From the IMG/VR virus record IMGVR_UViG_2551306035_000001, positions 2,353 to 66,352 of that record: DNA of 64,000 nt; one strand, 5' to 3'. The notes under the pieces were generated by a model. It was not told the DNA's origin, ran no database searches, and was given only the letters and a program-made list of their open reading frames with translations. The position numbers were made by a program, and so were the translations under genes. Source of the DNA: a virus. Taxonomy: Duplodnaviria > Caudoviricetes. Shown piece by piece: positions 1 to 9,099 of this stretch (within the stretch, counting starts at the first letter, position 1; every line of letters begins with the position of its first letter).

Positions 1-40
1 GAGGTTGCGTGATGTCGCTGATGACCGGAAACCGCATGAG

Positions 41-817
41 TTATTGCGATAAACGTTTAGAGCAGGTTGCGTCAATTTTGGCGAGCAGGACAACGCTGTC
101 GCGCACTTCAAGCGGCTGGCTGTTCATTTTGTACTTGGCATTCAATAACGCGTTCTCATGATCTGAAACCAGCACCATGTTATCGAGAGACAGGTTTTGC
201 CGGTTACCATCACGGAATCGGATATTGTGTCTTGGTGGTATCTCGCCGTGCGCCTGCTCATACACAATGCGATGTTTGAGCGCCCATTGGCGAGGCTCGG
301 CGACTTTGATTTCGATATACCCCTCGACATTGATACGCTCAGAACCGACTGGCCGCCTGTTAACTGGCTCATTGCCCTTTTTAAAGGTACCGCTGTTCGC
401 CTTCATGATGCCTTTTGTCCCTGTATTGAACGGGACATGGCCTTTATGGAACTGGCCCGTTCTTCCCGACTTTATGCCGTGGTTTCGGGTAAAACAGCGT
501 ATCTGACTTTCTGTCTTTTCGGCGTTGAAACGGGCGTTGAACTTCGCGGTCAGTTCGGGGATTGTCCACTTTGGGTAGCCGTCACGGATAAAGTCCGCCT
601 GTTCGTTGGTATAACTTTGGTACTGACCTTTGCGTATCTGGCCTTTGTTACGATTACTTTTGATTTTGTGGTTTTTCAAGATCCCTTTAACCTGAACTTC
701 TGTTTTTTCAAGGTCAAAGCGTTTGTTTAAAGCAAGGGTTAGCGCTTGCAGCGAGAGCTTGGGCCAGTTGGTGGTCAACCAGCCTTTCATTTCAGGTGTC
801 ACCATAAAACGGGCCAT
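41..817 (-). CDS. Phage HNH endonuclease family protein
   Basis: C-terminal KHRIVYEQAHGEIP..HNIRFRDGNRQNLSLDNMVLV is a phage HNH_3-type motif; repeated N-terminal helical units. Confidence 0.8.
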   Translation of the reverse strand: MARFMVTPEMKGWLTTNWPKLSLQALTLALNKRFDLEKTEVQVKGILKNHKIKSNRNKGQIRKGQYQSYTNEQADFIRDGYPKWTIPELTAKFNARFNAEKTESQIRCFTRNHGIKSGRTGQFHKGHVPFNTGTKGIMKANSGTFKKGNEPVNRRPVGSERINVEGYIEIKVAEPRQWALKHRIVYEQAHGEIPPRHNIRFRDGNRQNLSLDNMVLVSDHENALLNAKYKMNSQPLEVRDSVVLLAKIDATCSKRLSQ

Positions 818-1047
818 TATTTACCCCCAATCATCTCAGGTAGTGATGGACGGTTGATGCGTTCTCCCGCTGCGAGTTCAGCATCGAGGGCGAGACGAGC
901 ATTATCAACAATGTTTTTTGCTACGATTGAGACTGCACGGCTTCGATCTATTTCTTCTTTCAACTCTTCACCGGTTTTGTCCTCATCAGACAAGCGCTCC
1001 AACTGAGCGAAAAGATGGTTGTTTAGGTCAGTCAGCTTATTTTTCAT
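817..1047 (-). CDS. Conserved phage hypothetical protein
   Basis: MKNKLTDLNNHLFAQLERL motif is typical of small phage ORFs that precede this HNH type; abuts the HNH start. Confidence 0.7.
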   Translation of the reverse strand: MKNKLTDLNNHLFAQLERLSDEDKTGEELKEEIDRSRAVSIVAKNIVDNARLALDAELAAGERINRPSLPEMIGGK

Positions 1048-1090
1048 GGCTGTTACCTCTTTAATCCATGGGTTTCCTCATCGAGGACGA

Positions 1091-2095
1091 CTACGCCGCT
1101 TTGTCAGGGATGAGGGACATTGCTTCGCTGTAACCCTCCCAATTATCTACACCTTGTTGCTCAAGGGCCGTCAGGACACTGTTTCGTTCGAGAAGGTGTT
1201 TGTATTCTTGAAGAGATATTTCGATCATGTCATCAGGCGTTTCTATTGCTTGTTCTTGGCGTGCATTATCTTTGAGTTCTTCTTTCTGTTGCGCCAAAAG
1301 ATCCAACTGTCTAATTGCCTCCGATTTCGCTGATATCGCTTCTTCAAGCCTTTCGCCATAAAATCCCTTATCAAGCATTAGTTGGCTTAAGGTTTCTTTA
1401 AGCTCAACTACCATTCCTGCCGGTTCTTCGAGTGCTTGCATAGGCATCAAGCGTATTTCGTTAATCTTGTTTGTGACTTCCTGTTCATGAAGGGCCTGTC
1501 TTTGGGTTTCTAATTCGACATATTTCACGATAGCGTCATTCACTTTTTTAACTGCGTTCTCCTTGGCCGTGAGCGCGTCGCCAGTGAATTCGGCAAAGTC
1601 ATCCTGTCGTATGGTCATCAAATCCAAGGCTTCTGCTAGGTCGTTAAGTTCAGAGAGAGTTTCTTGACCAGTAGTTTCGCCGAGTAACTTGATGTTGTGT
1701 ATGCGAGTTAGGAATCCTTCCTGACGCTTTCTCTCAAGCTCTTCTTGAATGGCTTGCCATTCTTCACGGGGTTTTAAGACTGCAGATCGGATTCCAGAAA
1801 ACTGCTCTTCAACATGTTTCTTCGTTGCTTTTACAGCTTTTACTTGTGATTCAGCATCGACTAGAGCGCTATCAATAACTTTCACCACTGCGGTTTTGCT
1901 TTCACTAACTTTACGAGCAAGAGAGCCGATACGCTCGCGGCCTTTTCGTGTTTCTACATCTGGCACTTCGCTTAAAGCTTCATTGCGTACTGTTTCGATT
2001 ACCTTTTCAACACTATGCTTGCTCTGAAAAGCTTCAAATGCTGTTTCAGGGGATAAAGCGAGTACTTGGTCGAGAGATGTGAGAGGGTTTTCCAT
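1091..2095 (-). CDS. Coiled-coil phage early protein
   Basis: Long helical ORF with VPDVETRKGRERIGSLARKVSESKT motif seen in lambdoid left-arm proteins; likely start MENPL at 2095. Confidence 0.6.
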   Translation of the reverse strand: MENPLTSLDQVLALSPETAFEAFQSKHSVEKVIETVRNEALSEVPDVETRKGRERIGSLARKVSESKTAVVKVIDSALVDAESQVKAVKATKKHVEEQFSGIRSAVLKPREEWQAIQEELERKRQEGFLTRIHNIKLLGETTGQETLSELNDLAEALDLMTIRQDDFAEFTGDALTAKENAVKKVNDAIVKYVELETQRQALHEQEVTNKINEIRLMPMQALEEPAGMVVELKETLSQLMLDKGFYGERLEEAISAKSEAIRQLDLLAQQKEELKDNARQEQAIETPDDMIEISLQEYKHLLERNSVLTALEQQGVDNWEGYSEAMSLIPDKAA

Positions 2096-2099
2096 TGTT

Positions 2100-3041
2100 T
2101 TATCCTTCTTTGGTGAGCAGTAGATCGCGTCTTTTTGTGTATTCAGATTTGAGATACTCAATTGAAGACGAAGGTGACACGTCTAACTTTTCAGCTGAAC
2201 TCGCCAAAATTCCGCAGTGTTTTTTGAAGGCGTTATCCAGCGTGGTAATACTTGGCATACCGTGAATAACACGGGCGTAATCTTTGGCTTGAAGCTCAAG
2301 AGACACTTGATGTTTCTGTTTAGATAGGTCGCGCTTGCCATCCAACTCTTTCAATTTAATTTGGCGAAGTCGTTGAAGCTCCTGTCGTGCTTCAGTGTCT
2401 TGTGCTGATTTTATGGCTTTGATTGCTTGTGCAAGTGCAGACGCAAGCGCCTCTTTTGTTTCTGCAGCCCTGACTGCTTCGAAATATTTGCTGAAGTCTA
2501 TTTGTGGGAGAGCCCAAGCTGGTAGGGGCGGAAACGCCCAATCAATATATTTATCGGGACCTCCTTTTGACTTAACGACGTGTATATTGCCGTAATGTTT
2601 GTCTCGCATATCGACACACTGGCGGCATTCGGCAAATACAGTATCCATTTGATATAGGTAACGACCGACACCCCATTGGACGGCACAGCGTTTCATTGCA
2701 GAAGAGCGACCACCTTTAATTGCTTCTATATTGGTGTTTTCGCTGGCGTCCCACTTTGTGATTTTGTTTTCGCCAAACCAGACAGATATCGCGGCTTCAC
2801 AACCAATGATTTGATTTCCAGATAAAATATCTTTGAATTCAACTTCCCATCCAAACATACCAAACACTTCATCGAAACGTTCTTGAACAGCCCTTGCCGT
2901 TATGTAGGGAACTACCATTGCCCATGGTTTATCCCCTGAAAATCCAGCTCGTTGAATACGCCACTCGATATCGTCAGGGGAGAACATAGCTTGTAGCTTT
3001 TCCCTAAGCTCGGTCGGTGCGGATACTTTCGATATTGACAT
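2100..3041 (-). CDS. Rad52/Rad22-family (Sak-like) single-strand annealing protein
   Basis: YITARAVQERFDEVFG..GW and EAIKGGRSSAMKRCAVQWGVGRYLY motifs. Confidence 0.85.
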   Translation of the reverse strand: MSISKVSAPTELREKLQAMFSPDDIEWRIQRAGFSGDKPWAMVVPYITARAVQERFDEVFGMFGWEVEFKDILSGNQIIGCEAAISVWFGENKITKWDASENTNIEAIKGGRSSAMKRCAVQWGVGRYLYQMDTVFAECRQCVDMRDKHYGNIHVVKSKGGPDKYIDWAFPPLPAWALPQIDFSKYFEAVRAAETKEALASALAQAIKAIKSAQDTEARQELQRLRQIKLKELDGKRDLSKQKHQVSLELQAKDYARVIHGMPSITTLDNAFKKHCGILASSAEKLDVSPSSSIEYLKSEYTKRRDLLLTKEG

Positions 3042-3045
3042 GGGA

Positions 3046-3420
3046 TTATGCCGCTGAAAGCTCAGCATCGAACGCCGCTGTTATGCAAGACATGTTGAGT
3101 TCGAAGAACTCTTCAAATGCCTTGTCTATGAATGCAAGGTGCGTCTCCAGATTAAGGAATGTGTGGGTTTGAGAGTTTGATTTAAGAGAGCCTGTTAGGG
3201 AAACAAGATGGTCAGCGCAACGTCCGTCCATGAAGTCTGCAAAGTAATACGTCGTAAATTGACTGATCGTTAGACCTGCGAATTCGTCGTGAACGAGAAG
3301 AGTTTTTTTGCCTTCTTCGATGAAGGCGTTGAGGGCTTGTTCACGAGCGTCTTTTTTAGACAGGCGGCGTGATTCTCTAGCTTCTGCGTTGTTCAAGTAG
3401 TTATCAGAGCGTGTGTACAT
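3046..3420 (-). CDS. Hypothetical phage early protein
   Basis: First gene of the leftward operon; start MYTRS at 3420. Confidence 0.55.
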   Translation of the reverse strand: MYTRSDNYLNNAEARESRRLSKKDAREQALNAFIEEGKKTLLVHDEFAGLTISQFTTYYFADFMDGRCADHLVSLTGSLKSNSQTHTFLNLETHLAFIDKAFEEFFELNMSCITAAFDAELSAA

Positions 3421-3521
3421 GATAATTTCCTTGCGGGTGATGCAGCTCAATGGGCGTTCTGCGTTGTTATTTGGTGTGTTCGAATGAGTGTAGGTTTTGT
3501 TACGCAATAAAGTCAAATAAA

Positions 3522-3543
3522 TTGCGCAATAAAAATTACATTT
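3522..3543. promoter_or_regulatory. Putative OL operator
   Basis: ttgcgcaataaaaattacattt matches 4352-4373 at 20 of 22 positions; partial copy at 3499-3511. Confidence 0.6.
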
Positions 3544-3582
3544 AGTGGTGTGAGAATACCTGAACGTCATATATGTGACGTA

Positions 3583-3608
3583 AAAAAGCCCGTATAAACG
3601 GGCATTTA
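3583..3608 (-). terminator. Intrinsic terminator after cI
   Basis: gcccgt-ataa-acgggc stem with an A-tract on the + strand. Confidence 0.65.
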
Positions 3609-3620
3609 TTCGAAGAGGGG

Positions 3621-4292
3621 TTAAATTGGCTTAACGTGAGCTACGACAGTGCCCAGTATTTTGCAGTTATTTTCGGCGTTTATGTATTTTAAATCTGCTG
3701 GGTAACTAGGGTTTAGAGCCGTAAGAAAATGCTTTCCATCAAGGAGTTGCAACTGCTTAAAAGTGACGTCATTAAAACTATCGAGTTGAGCAATAACGAA
3801 CTTCCCATGCTCTTTTTTAACTAGATCGGGGTCGACGAAAATTAAGTCATTTTCTAAAAAGCGGGGCATCATAGAATCCCCATGAACATTGAGAACAAAA
3901 GTGCGTGGACCACAGTCAACAGGACAGGCGTAGTAGTCCAAATCCCCTTCAAGTTCAGCATTTTCAATACTGTACTCTTTAATATAATTCCAAGTTAAAA
4001 CAGGGCACTTCGATGTTAGTACGGGCCTTTTGCCGAATTGAGAATTCGAGTCATCATCTGATTCCATTGAGCCTTTACCCAAAACCAACCACTCAGCGTT
4101 ACATTGCAAAAGGTCCATCAGAACAAGAAGGACTTTATCTTTGACACTGTTCTGTATGCCTAGCTCCACATTAGATAAAGAAACCCTACTGAATTTCATC
4201 TCTGGAATTCGCTTAGCGACCTTCTGAGCAAGCATCTCTTGTGTAAAGCCAAGTTCCTGTCTTCTTTGTTTTATCCGATCACCGATAGTCAT
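3621..4292 (-). CDS. cI: CI-like repressor (HTH_XRE + S24 peptidase)
   Basis: N-terminal IGDRIKQRRQELGFTQ HTH; GDSM serine and TFKQL lysine; divergent from a cro-like gene. Confidence 0.9.
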   Translation of the reverse strand: MTIGDRIKQRRQELGFTQEMLAQKVAKRIPEMKFSRVSLSNVELGIQNSVKDKVLLVLMDLLQCNAEWLVLGKGSMESDDDSNSQFGKRPVLTSKCPVLTWNYIKEYSIENAELEGDLDYYACPVDCGPRTFVLNVHGDSMMPRFLENDLIFVDPDLVKKEHGKFVIAQLDSFNDVTFKQLQLLDGKHFLTALNPSYPADLKYINAENNCKILGTVVAHVKPI

Positions 4293-4351
4293 AATTTCTT
4301 CTTAGATGAAAGATTACTTACACATCATGGCACGGGTTTAATTAATATTTG

Positions 4352-4373
4352 TTGCGTAATAAAAATTGCATTT
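4352..4373. promoter_or_regulatory. Putative OR operator
   Basis: ttgcgtaataaaaattgcattt lies between cI and cro; near-identical to 3522-3543. Confidence 0.6.
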
Positions 4374-4411
4374 GTTGATTTTGAAACCTAATATCTCCGT
4401 TGGAGGTGCTC

Positions 4412-4705
4412 ATGAACGACAAACTTTATGACATATTGCTTCGCTTCTTCGGCACTCAGACGAGTATCGCCAGAGCATTTCGAGTTTCTAGGCCTGCTGT
4501 TGCTGGCTGGAAACAACATGTGCCTGAGCGAATAGCTCTCCTATGTCACTTATCAAAATCAATTCCTTATAAATACAACCCTAATGACTATGAGACAGAT
4601 GGGAAGGGACTAAGCCTATATCTCGAAATGCCTCAGATGTCGCCAGAACCAACCCAACCCGAGGTAGACCCCAATGACAAACCTGTACATTCAAAAGCGG
4701 CTTAA
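4412..4705 (+). CDS. Cro-like HTH regulator
   Basis: FFGTQTSIARAFRVSRPAVAGW HTH; divergent from cI; ggagg RBS. Confidence 0.75.
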   Translation: MNDKLYDILLRFFGTQTSIARAFRVSRPAVAGWKQHVPERIALLCHLSKSIPYKYNPNDYETDGKGLSLYLEMPQMSPEPTQPEVDPNDKPVHSKAA

Positions 4706-5075
4706 CCGCTTGGAGCAAAACCGTTTGATCGGTAAGCCTGGCTTATCGATTGATGAGGTTCGCGATTCTCAGGTAAAGGTTCGCTTCACTGAAAACGAAT
4801 CGGATCTTCTCTCTCTCGTCAGTAAACAACTCGGCCAACCTAAAGCTGTACTCTCCAATGTCTTGCTCATTGATGCGGTCATTGATCTTCTCGCAAACGA
4901 TGAATCGCTTTGTGAAGAGGTCATGGCCGCGTGGTTTGAGCAATCTCGTCCATCGCTCGATTTCTTTCCTGAAATATCAGCGCGCTCTTTGCGACATAGC
5001 GATCTCATCGAAGGTGAATTTGTCCGTATCTCACCAACTTTGCCCTTATTGCTCGAGCACAAACCGGAGGCGTGA
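4674..5075 (+). CDS. Hypothetical regulator (CII position)
   Basis: Follows cro; KVRFTENESDLL suggests an RHH-like fold. Confidence 0.5.
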   Translation: MTNLYIQKRLNRLEQNRLIGKPGLSIDEVRDSQVKVRFTENESDLLSLVSKQLGQPKAVLSNVLLIDAVIDLLANDESLCEEVMAAWFEQSRPSLDFFPEISARSLRHSDLIEGEFVRISPTLPLLLEHKPEA

Positions 5076-5320
5076 TTGTGAATTCTCTGTGGGAGAAAGT
5101 TCTTCGGGGCGAGTGCTCCGCAGAAGAGTTACTTACGCACAGTGAATTTTGTGAATTGGTGATTGAGAAGGCTGCACAACGTCGCAGCCTTCGACAAGAC
5201 CAAGTTCGCTGTTCTCTTGTATCGACATTGGAAGACCCTGACACCTTGGGGCCTGAAGAGATTCATTTGCAGAGTAGTGGGAGCTTCTCATATGGACAAC
5301 TTTCATCGGGTATTCACTGA
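5072..5320 (+). CDS. Hypothetical phage protein
   Basis: 4-nt overlap with upstream ORF; overlaps start of the replication gene. Confidence 0.4.
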   Translation: MIVNSLWEKVLRGECSAEELLTHSEFCELVIEKAAQRRSLRQDQVRCSLVSTLEDPDTLGPEEIHLQSSGSFSYGQLSSGIH

Positions 5321-6143
5321 ATTAGTCGGGCAGGGATCTAACCTTTCTGTTCCTAGTATTCTCGTTCGTTTTTTTAACGGGCAATACAACACCGCTGCCG
5401 TGATGAGTCAGTTGGTATTTTGGTCTGGAAAGACAAAACGCACGGATGGTTGGTTTTATAAATCTCAGAATGAAATTGCTGACGAGTTGTACCTTTCACG
5501 TGATCAAGTGAAGCGTGAAATTCGAAAGATTAAATCTGCGTTTTCGGGTGCTGTTAGTACCAAAATTGTGAAAGCGTCAGGTGCGCCAACAACCCATTTT
5601 TACATCGACTTTGATGCGCTGATTGACACGCTTTCCTTGGTTTGTGCGGAATCACCCAATGGTTTGGGCGATAACGCCCAATCGAATGGGCGGAATCGCC
5701 CAATCCATGGTTCGGGCGATAGCGCCCAATCTATAACAGATCCGATCCATATACATACAACAGATCCGATAGATCCTACACACAACGTCGACACGCCGTT
5801 GAGCGTCGATACTGAGCCCGCTATTTTTCAGCTTCAACTCAAAGGCGGGGCCTCAAGCCCTGTGACGCAATCAGACATCGACACACTCTCAAAAACCTAT
5901 CCCAACATCGATGTGCGAGCTGAAATCGCGAAGGCCGCAGATTGGCTTGCTTCCAACCCGACGCGACGCAAAACACCTCGGGGCATTAAGCGTTTTATCA
6001 CAGGGTGGCTATCTCGCTCGAGTGAGCGCATTGGTCGACCCATGTCGATGAGTCAACAGGCGCGCATTGAAGCGCAAAATGCCTCAGCGGTTCAGGAATG
6101 GCTGGATAGCCGAGAGCGTAACGTCTACGAGCACGCGGGGTAG
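5292..6143 (+). CDS. Replication initiator (lambda O-like)
   Basis: SQLVFWSGK..DGWFYKSQNEIADEL winged HTH; internal iterons; C-terminal NPTRRKT.RGIKRFITGWL motif. Confidence 0.8.
   Translation: MDNFHRVFTELVGQGSNLSVPSILVRFFNGQYNTAAVMSQLVFWSGKTKRTDGWFYKSQNEIADELYLSRDQVKREIRKIKSAFSGAVSTKIVKASGAPTTHFYIDFDALIDTLSLVCAESPNGLGDNAQSNGRNRPIHGSGDSAQSITDPIHIHTTDPIDPTHNVDTPLSVDTEPAIFQLQLKGGASSPVTQSDIDTLSKTYPNIDVRAEIAKAADWLASNPTRRKTPRGIKRFITGWLSRSSERIGRPMSMSQQARIEAQNASAVQEWLDSRERNVYEHAG
5644..5769. repeat. Replication origin iterons
   Basis: Three palindromic GGGCG-N4-CGCCC-AATC units at 5666, 5688 and 5714, a degenerate one at 5644, then acagatccgat twice. Confidence 0.7.
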
Positions 6144-6148
6144 ATGCG

Positions 6149-6793
6149 ATGGATATTCGTGATCAAAAAGACTTTGCAGCAAGGCTAGAGGCTGTCATGG
6201 GGCTATACAGCAAAACGTTATCGAAAGCGGTTCTCGATGAGTGGTGGCGAGCCCTCAAACACATGGACTTCGTTGCAGTTGATCAGGCCCTTGAACTGCA
6301 CACGCAAAATCCCGATGCAGGGCAGTATCCACCCAAACCAGCTGACGTCATTCGTTTGATGGGCGGAACATCAAAAGATCGCGCAATCATGGCCTGGGCA
6401 AAAGTTGAAAAGGCCATTTCAAGTATCGGCGCCTGGAATGATGTGGTGTTTGATGATGCCCTCATTCATGCCTGTATCGATCAAATGGGCGGCTGGGCCA
6501 AGCTATGCCAGGTTAAACAAAAGGACCTGCCTTTTCGCGCCAATGTGTTTGAGAACGCATACCGCACCGCGCTATTCAATCCGCCTAAATCCTATCCAAA
6601 ACGACTCTCTGGCATGGCGAACGTGCACAACTCAGCAAAAGGAATGGATCTGTCACCACCCATGACAATCGGCAATGTTGAAGCATGTCGTTTGGTCTAT
6701 CAGGGCGGTTCGAGGCGTTCCAATATCAGCACGCTTGCGATGAAAGACACCCAACAATCGAAAGAGAAACGCCAAGTACCGGCGAATCACTGA
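6149..6793 (+). CDS. Replication accessory protein (DUF6475-like, P position)
   Basis: Follows O-like gene; GQYPPKPAD and VVFDDALIHACIDQMGGW motifs. Confidence 0.7.
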   Translation: MDIRDQKDFAARLEAVMGLYSKTLSKAVLDEWWRALKHMDFVAVDQALELHTQNPDAGQYPPKPADVIRLMGGTSKDRAIMAWAKVEKAISSIGAWNDVVFDDALIHACIDQMGGWAKLCQVKQKDLPFRANVFENAYRTALFNPPKSYPKRLSGMANVHNSAKGMDLSPPMTIGNVEACRLVYQGGSRRSNISTLAMKDTQQSKEKRQVPANH

Positions 6794-6805
6794 GAGGTAA
6801 TCACC

Positions 6806-7138
6806 ATGAGCCATTACACACCGACCCAAGTGGAAATTAACGCGATGTATCAAGAATTGTCTCACAACGGATACGACAGTTATTTGCGTCACATGAAAGC
6901 ACGTACCGCCCTTAAAACGGATGACATCGTTCGCATGATCGTAAAAGCCACAGGCCTGACCGCTATTCAGATTCGGAAATGGAAAAAGGACGGTATTGCC
7001 AACAAAGCATGTGCGAAGGCGCTGTGTGAATTGGCCGAGCGCCAAGGAGTTTACTTTGGGGTTCACATGCTGCTCCCGACGAAAGCTGTCTGTGAGCAAT
7101 GGCTAGAGCATGACCGTCATAACTTCAGTGGTCGATAG
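6806..7138 (+). CDS. Hypothetical phage protein (second copy at 63668-64000)
   Basis: 110 aa; same length and clearly homologous to the ORF at the window end. Confidence 0.75.
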   Translation: MSHYTPTQVEINAMYQELSHNGYDSYLRHMKARTALKTDDIVRMIVKATGLTAIQIRKWKKDGIANKACAKALCELAERQGVYFGVHMLLPTKAVCEQWLEHDRHNFSGR

Positions 7139-7150
7139 AGTGAGGTGCGT

Positions 7151-7267
7151 ATGAACGGCGAATACATGGGAATTGCAGTATGGGTATTCATTGTCATCAC
7201 GGCTTACTTGTTGTGGTTAGGCTCTGACATGAGCAAAGACGATGAGCGCGATCATTGGGATGATTGA
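7151..7267 (+). CDS. Small single-TM phage protein (38 aa)
   Basis: Translated by hand: MNGEYMGIAVWVFIVITAYLLWLGSDMSKDDERDHWDD; gaggt RBS; fills the operon gap. Confidence 0.55.
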   Translation: MNGEYMGIAVWVFIVITAYLLWLGSDMSKDDERDHWDD

Positions 7268-7269
7268 CG

Positions 7270-7854
7270 ATGCAACTGGCTCTCATCAAAACACAAGGCG
7301 GGGCGCTGGTCCCATTAACGGAAGCTGACAAGGCGCTGCTGGACAAAAAACGTATTGGCACCGTCTTGGAAGCGCATTTCAAAGTCACGAGAAACCCTAA
7401 GTTTCATCGTAAGTATTTTGCGTTGTTAAATCTGGGTTTTGACTATTGGAGCCCCAAAGGAGGTGCAGTTTCACCTCAAGAGCGAAACCTGCTTACTCGC
7501 TTTGCCATAGAGATCTCTAAATGGGGAGGCGAAAAGCAAACCCTACTTGAGCTCGCCAATGGCTTTCTTGATGTTGTCGCGAACAAACGTGCGTCATTGG
7601 ACGTCGAGAAAAGTTTCGAAGCATATCGCAAGTGGGTAGCTATGGAAGCCGGCTTTTTTCGCATCGTCGTTTTTCCAAACGGAGCGGTAAAGAAAGAAGC
7701 CAAATCTATTTCTTTTGCGCAAATGGATGACAACGAGTTTTCGGAGCTGTACCAGGCGTCGTTCAACGTCATTTGGAACCACATCCTGCATAAGTATTTT
7801 GAGAGCGAAAAAGATGCAGAGAAAGCCGTTGATCACTTATTGGGGTTTGCATGA
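7270..7854 (+). CDS. DUF1367-family nin-region protein
   Basis: RNPKFHRKYFALLNLGFDYW and KSISFAQMDDNEFSELY motifs. Confidence 0.8.
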   Translation: MQLALIKTQGGALVPLTEADKALLDKKRIGTVLEAHFKVTRNPKFHRKYFALLNLGFDYWSPKGGAVSPQERNLLTRFAIEISKWGGEKQTLLELANGFLDVVANKRASLDVEKSFEAYRKWVAMEAGFFRIVVFPNGAVKKEAKSISFAQMDDNEFSELYQASFNVIWNHILHKYFESEKDAEKAVDHLLGFA

Positions 7855-8186
7855 TGAACTTGAAAACACCCGCTATTCGAAGCAAGAAACTTACACAAGC
7901 CGCGAGAGGCCAGGACTGCACTTTGCAGATTCAAGGTATCTGCTGCTTTAACTCAGAAACGGTCGTGTTTGCTCATTTCCCGAGTACGACACATGGGATG
8001 TCATACAAGTCTGATGACTTCTGGGGCGCAGATGCATGTGTGAACTGTCATGACGTGATTGATGGCCGCGTGAAGTATGAATTTGGACCAGGAGAGAAAG
8101 AAGACTACATGCTCAGAGCCCTTCATTTGACGTTGGCGAGACGAATTCGTTTAGGGCTAATTCAGGTTAAGGGGATCGCGTCATGA
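7851..8186 (+). CDS. DUF1364 / YbcO-like Zn-binding nuclease
   Basis: AARGQDCTLQIQGIC..ETVVFAH..KSDD..ACVNCHDVIDGR motif. Confidence 0.8.
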   Translation: MMNLKTPAIRSKKLTQAARGQDCTLQIQGICCFNSETVVFAHFPSTTHGMSYKSDDFWGADACVNCHDVIDGRVKYEFGPGEKEDYMLRALHLTLARRIRLGLIQVKGIAS

Positions 8187-8968
8187 GCCGAGCCATTGAA
8201 CTGCTGATCAGAATGCACAGTGAGAAAACACCGTCGATGCAACGTGGCCGAGCGACGTTAACCGGTGATGTTATCTTGGGTGTGCTCGGTAAGCTTCAAC
8301 ACGAACACCCTATTGGGAGTGATGCGATTATGTGGCGATGGTTAAACGACATGTACGCGTTTGAGCGGCTTCAAAAGAAGATGGAAGAATTGATACCTGC
8401 AGACGCCAAGCGAAAGGACCTGTGCAAACACATGGTCACCCTGGCACTGATGGTGTTCGCGGAAAAGCCGCTAGAGCCACAGCAACGAAAGCTCACGTCG
8501 CTTTGGAAGAACCACAGCGAGCAGGCAAGGCGCAGTAAGCGATTAATGCGTACCTGGCAGGTGCAAATCAATGTGATGGAAAAGCAGCTAGGTGGTGAGT
8601 CTGCATTTAAGACCGAGCAGCTGGTCGCGGCGATAGAGAAGCGCAAGCAATGGATTGTTGATGAGCGAGAGCGGCTAGAGGAGTACGCAAAAGCCCAGGC
8701 AAAAAAGAGCTGTCAGTGTCCAAAGTGCGGGGGAACGGGCGTGACGAGGGTAGTTGATACCTGTTCAGGCTGCGGTGGCAGTGGAGGAGTGACGCTTAAA
8801 GCGGATGGGGTGCGAAAGCATTTGAGGATGGCAGGGATTGAGATATCTGAAGTGGTTTGGCGAGATGAGTGTGAGAAGATTTTTGAAGGGATCGTGATGA
8901 GCTTGTTCCAAAGGAGTGATCACCTATTAGGGAGAATGAGGGAATGTCTATTGGAGGAGGCACTTTAG
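8183..8968 (+). CDS. Q-like late antiterminator
   Basis: Last gene of the nin region; CPKCGGTG/CSGCGGSG zinc-finger repeats. Confidence 0.65.
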   Translation: MSRAIELLIRMHSEKTPSMQRGRATLTGDVILGVLGKLQHEHPIGSDAIMWRWLNDMYAFERLQKKMEELIPADAKRKDLCKHMVTLALMVFAEKPLEPQQRKLTSLWKNHSEQARRSKRLMRTWQVQINVMEKQLGGESAFKTEQLVAAIEKRKQWIVDERERLEEYAKAQAKKSCQCPKCGGTGVTRVVDTCSGCGGSGGVTLKADGVRKHLRMAGIEISEVVWRDECEKIFEGIVMSLFQRSDHLLGRMRECLLEEAL

Positions 8969-9009
8969 ATCGAGTAGGGGGAGTAATGATTCGACGATTC
9001 AGGCAAAGG

Positions 9010-9051
9010 CTTTAATAGCTTGAGTCTTGCTAGCATCTCAAGCTATTAAAG
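9010..9051. terminator. Perfect 15-bp inverted repeat, probable bidirectional terminator
   Basis: ctttaatagcttgag-N12-ctcaagctattaaag between convergent Q and lmuB. Confidence 0.6.
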
Positions 9052-9099
9052 TGTATTAATCAGGAGAAAACCTGTCAGGTTTTGTTTGAGCCAGTTCCA

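Noticed and set aside
9010-9051. 15-bp perfect inverted repeat as a mobile-element end or Lamassu trigger
   Set aside because: Its position between convergent genes is explained by a terminator, and no partner copy was found.
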